A stretch of 64,000 nt of DNA. Source: Asterias rubens (lineage: Eukaryota). Location: NCBI RefSeq assembly GCF_902459465.1, contig NC_047074.1:248001-312000 (forward strand), given 5' to 3'. The first letter of the stretch is position 1, and each line of letters begins with the position of its first letter. The translations under genes and the position numbers were made by a program. Shown in pieces: positions 38,829 to 64,000 of this stretch. Below the pieces are notes generated by a model that saw nothing but the letters and a program-made list of their open reading frames with translations, had not been told where the DNA came from and searched no databases.

Positions 38829-41133
38829 TAACTCTTACATTGTTCCTTGTGGAATATATTGCCCTAATTTGCAGTTAGTTTTAAAACGTATGTCATAATT
38901 AATGTTAATAGGACACTGAGCTTGGTTAATCTTGCCGCAATGTGAATATGTTTCAAGTGTTTTAGTGTGTTTAATGTTGAAGCATTTGTGACGGTGTAGG
39001 CAAGATTAATTTGATCATGAGAACGTTATTTTTTCTTCCTAAAAAATTAGTTTTATGCAGTGAACACAAAACAGCAACTGTTTTGGAACACCCTGTTTTA
39101 CCGTCACTTAAAGTGATAGATAATAAGTGAGTAATTTAGACATGTTGTTTGAATAAAAAAATATTTAAAAAACATCTTTGGGTAGTTCTAAATTCTTACT
39201 GGCACAATGTTCTGGTATGGAGTAGTTTTCTTGATGTGCAAACACATCATTAAATTCAGTTCAAATACCAATTTGTATTTAACTGGTTCAGTTCATTAGA
39301 CAACCATAACACCATACGTTGCTGCGGGCAAACATATTGTTAATAATTGTTTCTATGGTATACATTGCTGCGGGCAAACATATTGTTAATAATTGTTTCT
39401 ATGGTATTTCCAGTAATCCCTTTGCATGATCCATGACCATATTCGTGATAGATTAACGTTTAAATCTTTTTCGTGGAGTCGAGTGATCTTGACCTTGTTT
39501 GCTAATTAGCATAATTAATTAAATTATTACATCTGGTCATGATCGTAATCTTATCACGCAAGATCTGCTTGTACATATATGTATTATAGAATTATTTATG
39601 GTATATAAATATGGGCAGATATTTCAGGTTGCACATACATGTTACAGAATTACTGCTCAGGATACTTGAAAACACAGGCAAATAATCCATGCTATTTTTG
39701 CCCTTACATACTTGTGTTTATCAAATCAATTTTGAAGCCCTGGCCTCATACAAATGTCTTAAAATAAGAAGTAAAAACAAAATCTGCGATGTGCAGGCAT
39801 AATATTCTTCCTGCTCAGCTTTAGTCTGATTTTCGATTTTTGTTTTGCCCTTCGAAAATCGGCAAAAGTGATTGAAATTTCTATTTTTAAGCTCACACCA
39901 TGTGCATGGTGTAAGTTAGCCCTTGAATTTGATGAAATTGTCCTGCTTTTTTCCAAGGGCCGAATATCACGTCTGATTATGATTACTTAGTGCAGTCCAT
40001 CTTGATAACCTTATGAACATCTGGATATAAATAAGACCCACTAAGGATTGAAGTTGAAATGAATTGAATTGAGCATACAGTCTATGTATGTACTGCCTTT
40101 GTGTCAGGCCTCATGCATTGTTCATAAATGCATCCTGAGCTCAGATATTCTGTATGCATTGACCCCCATGCATCAATTGAATCTCTGCATAGACAAGCAT
40201 TATAAATTACAGGAATGTAGATCTATCTAGTATGGGATCTAGACGCCTAATATGCCAATATTTTATGAGTTACAGACGCCTGTAATTTCATCCTTCACAG
40301 GGCAGTGCCACTTTTCTGTAGGTAGCGACTATCCATAATGATATTGTAATGTCTACGTGTAAGGGGAAATTATTTGATTAACAAGGTCACCAGAAGTGCA
40401 ACCATTGAGTTATTACTTGCTATATTAGAGAGACTACTCCAGTGGTTTTATATGACACTAATTAAAGCCCAGTCAATGTAATCTATTGTATACATTATAT
40501 TGTGAGTTGAACAAAGACAAGAGTGGGACTTGAATCTTTGACCTATGAATTTACATGGTAGTGCTCTACCAACTGAGCTATTGGCAGTCTCTATGTTTTG
40601 TCAATATCTTTGTTTGTACTGATGTTAAATATCCACTGTACCTGTACTAAATGTTTTATGTATGTGTGGATATTAGGCCATGTTCACTCTCTGAATTGCA
40701 AATACGCATGCAAAGCGAATTTTGGTGCACATGGCTGTTTTTGCAGTGAATGTTTTGCAGACAGTTCAATTGTTGCAAATTTTTCATTGCCAATTTGTGA
40801 TGTCAAAATTTGTTTGTCACTTGAATTTGCATCCCCAGGAAGTATAAACAGGGCTTTAAGCTACGACAAGTGTGATTACACGTATTACCATTGTTAAATG
40901 CCTTATTTCAATGCCAAATCGTTATACATGTGAATTCATTTAGTCTTTGCACAAGGCGCAATATACATTTTCCTCATAGAAGTGCCCCCTTTCCAGAGGG
41001 AAATTGTCGTGGACCTTCACATGTGAAGTTCAAGACCTATTACTAACAAGATATTGTGTTGATTATTCCAACAGAAGCTAGAGCCATAAAAGCGTTGGGC
41101 TGGGTATGTCTCCGTCTTGGACCGCCGCCTATT

Positions 41134-64000
<22,867 letters not shown>

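Overview
AT-rich, intron-rich animal genomic DNA, most likely an echinoderm such as a sea star (inferred from the MITE/SINE/Penelope repeat complement and the GPCR type). No prokaryotic features. Four genes are present. (1) A SENP3/5-like Ulp1/C48 SUMO protease on the minus strand, with the 3' end off-window and 5' exons only partly resolved. (2) A complete 20-exon cullin-3 gene head-to-head with it, including a U12 AT-AC intron. (3) An intronless class A 7TM GPCR on the minus strand. (4) A TRIP12 HECT E3 ligase gene with at least 39 coding exons running off the right edge. Exon phases were checked by hand and are consistent throughout CUL3 and TRIP12. The most unusual signals are three independent tandem arrays that each duplicate a real splice site with adjacent exon sequence (a CUL3 donor, a TRIP12 donor, a TRIP12 acceptor), Penelope-derived inverted repeats carrying degenerate minimal hammerhead ribozyme motifs with covariation, an Asp-to-Asn change at the SENP catalytic triad, and a 42-bp-period CCAAT-box array.
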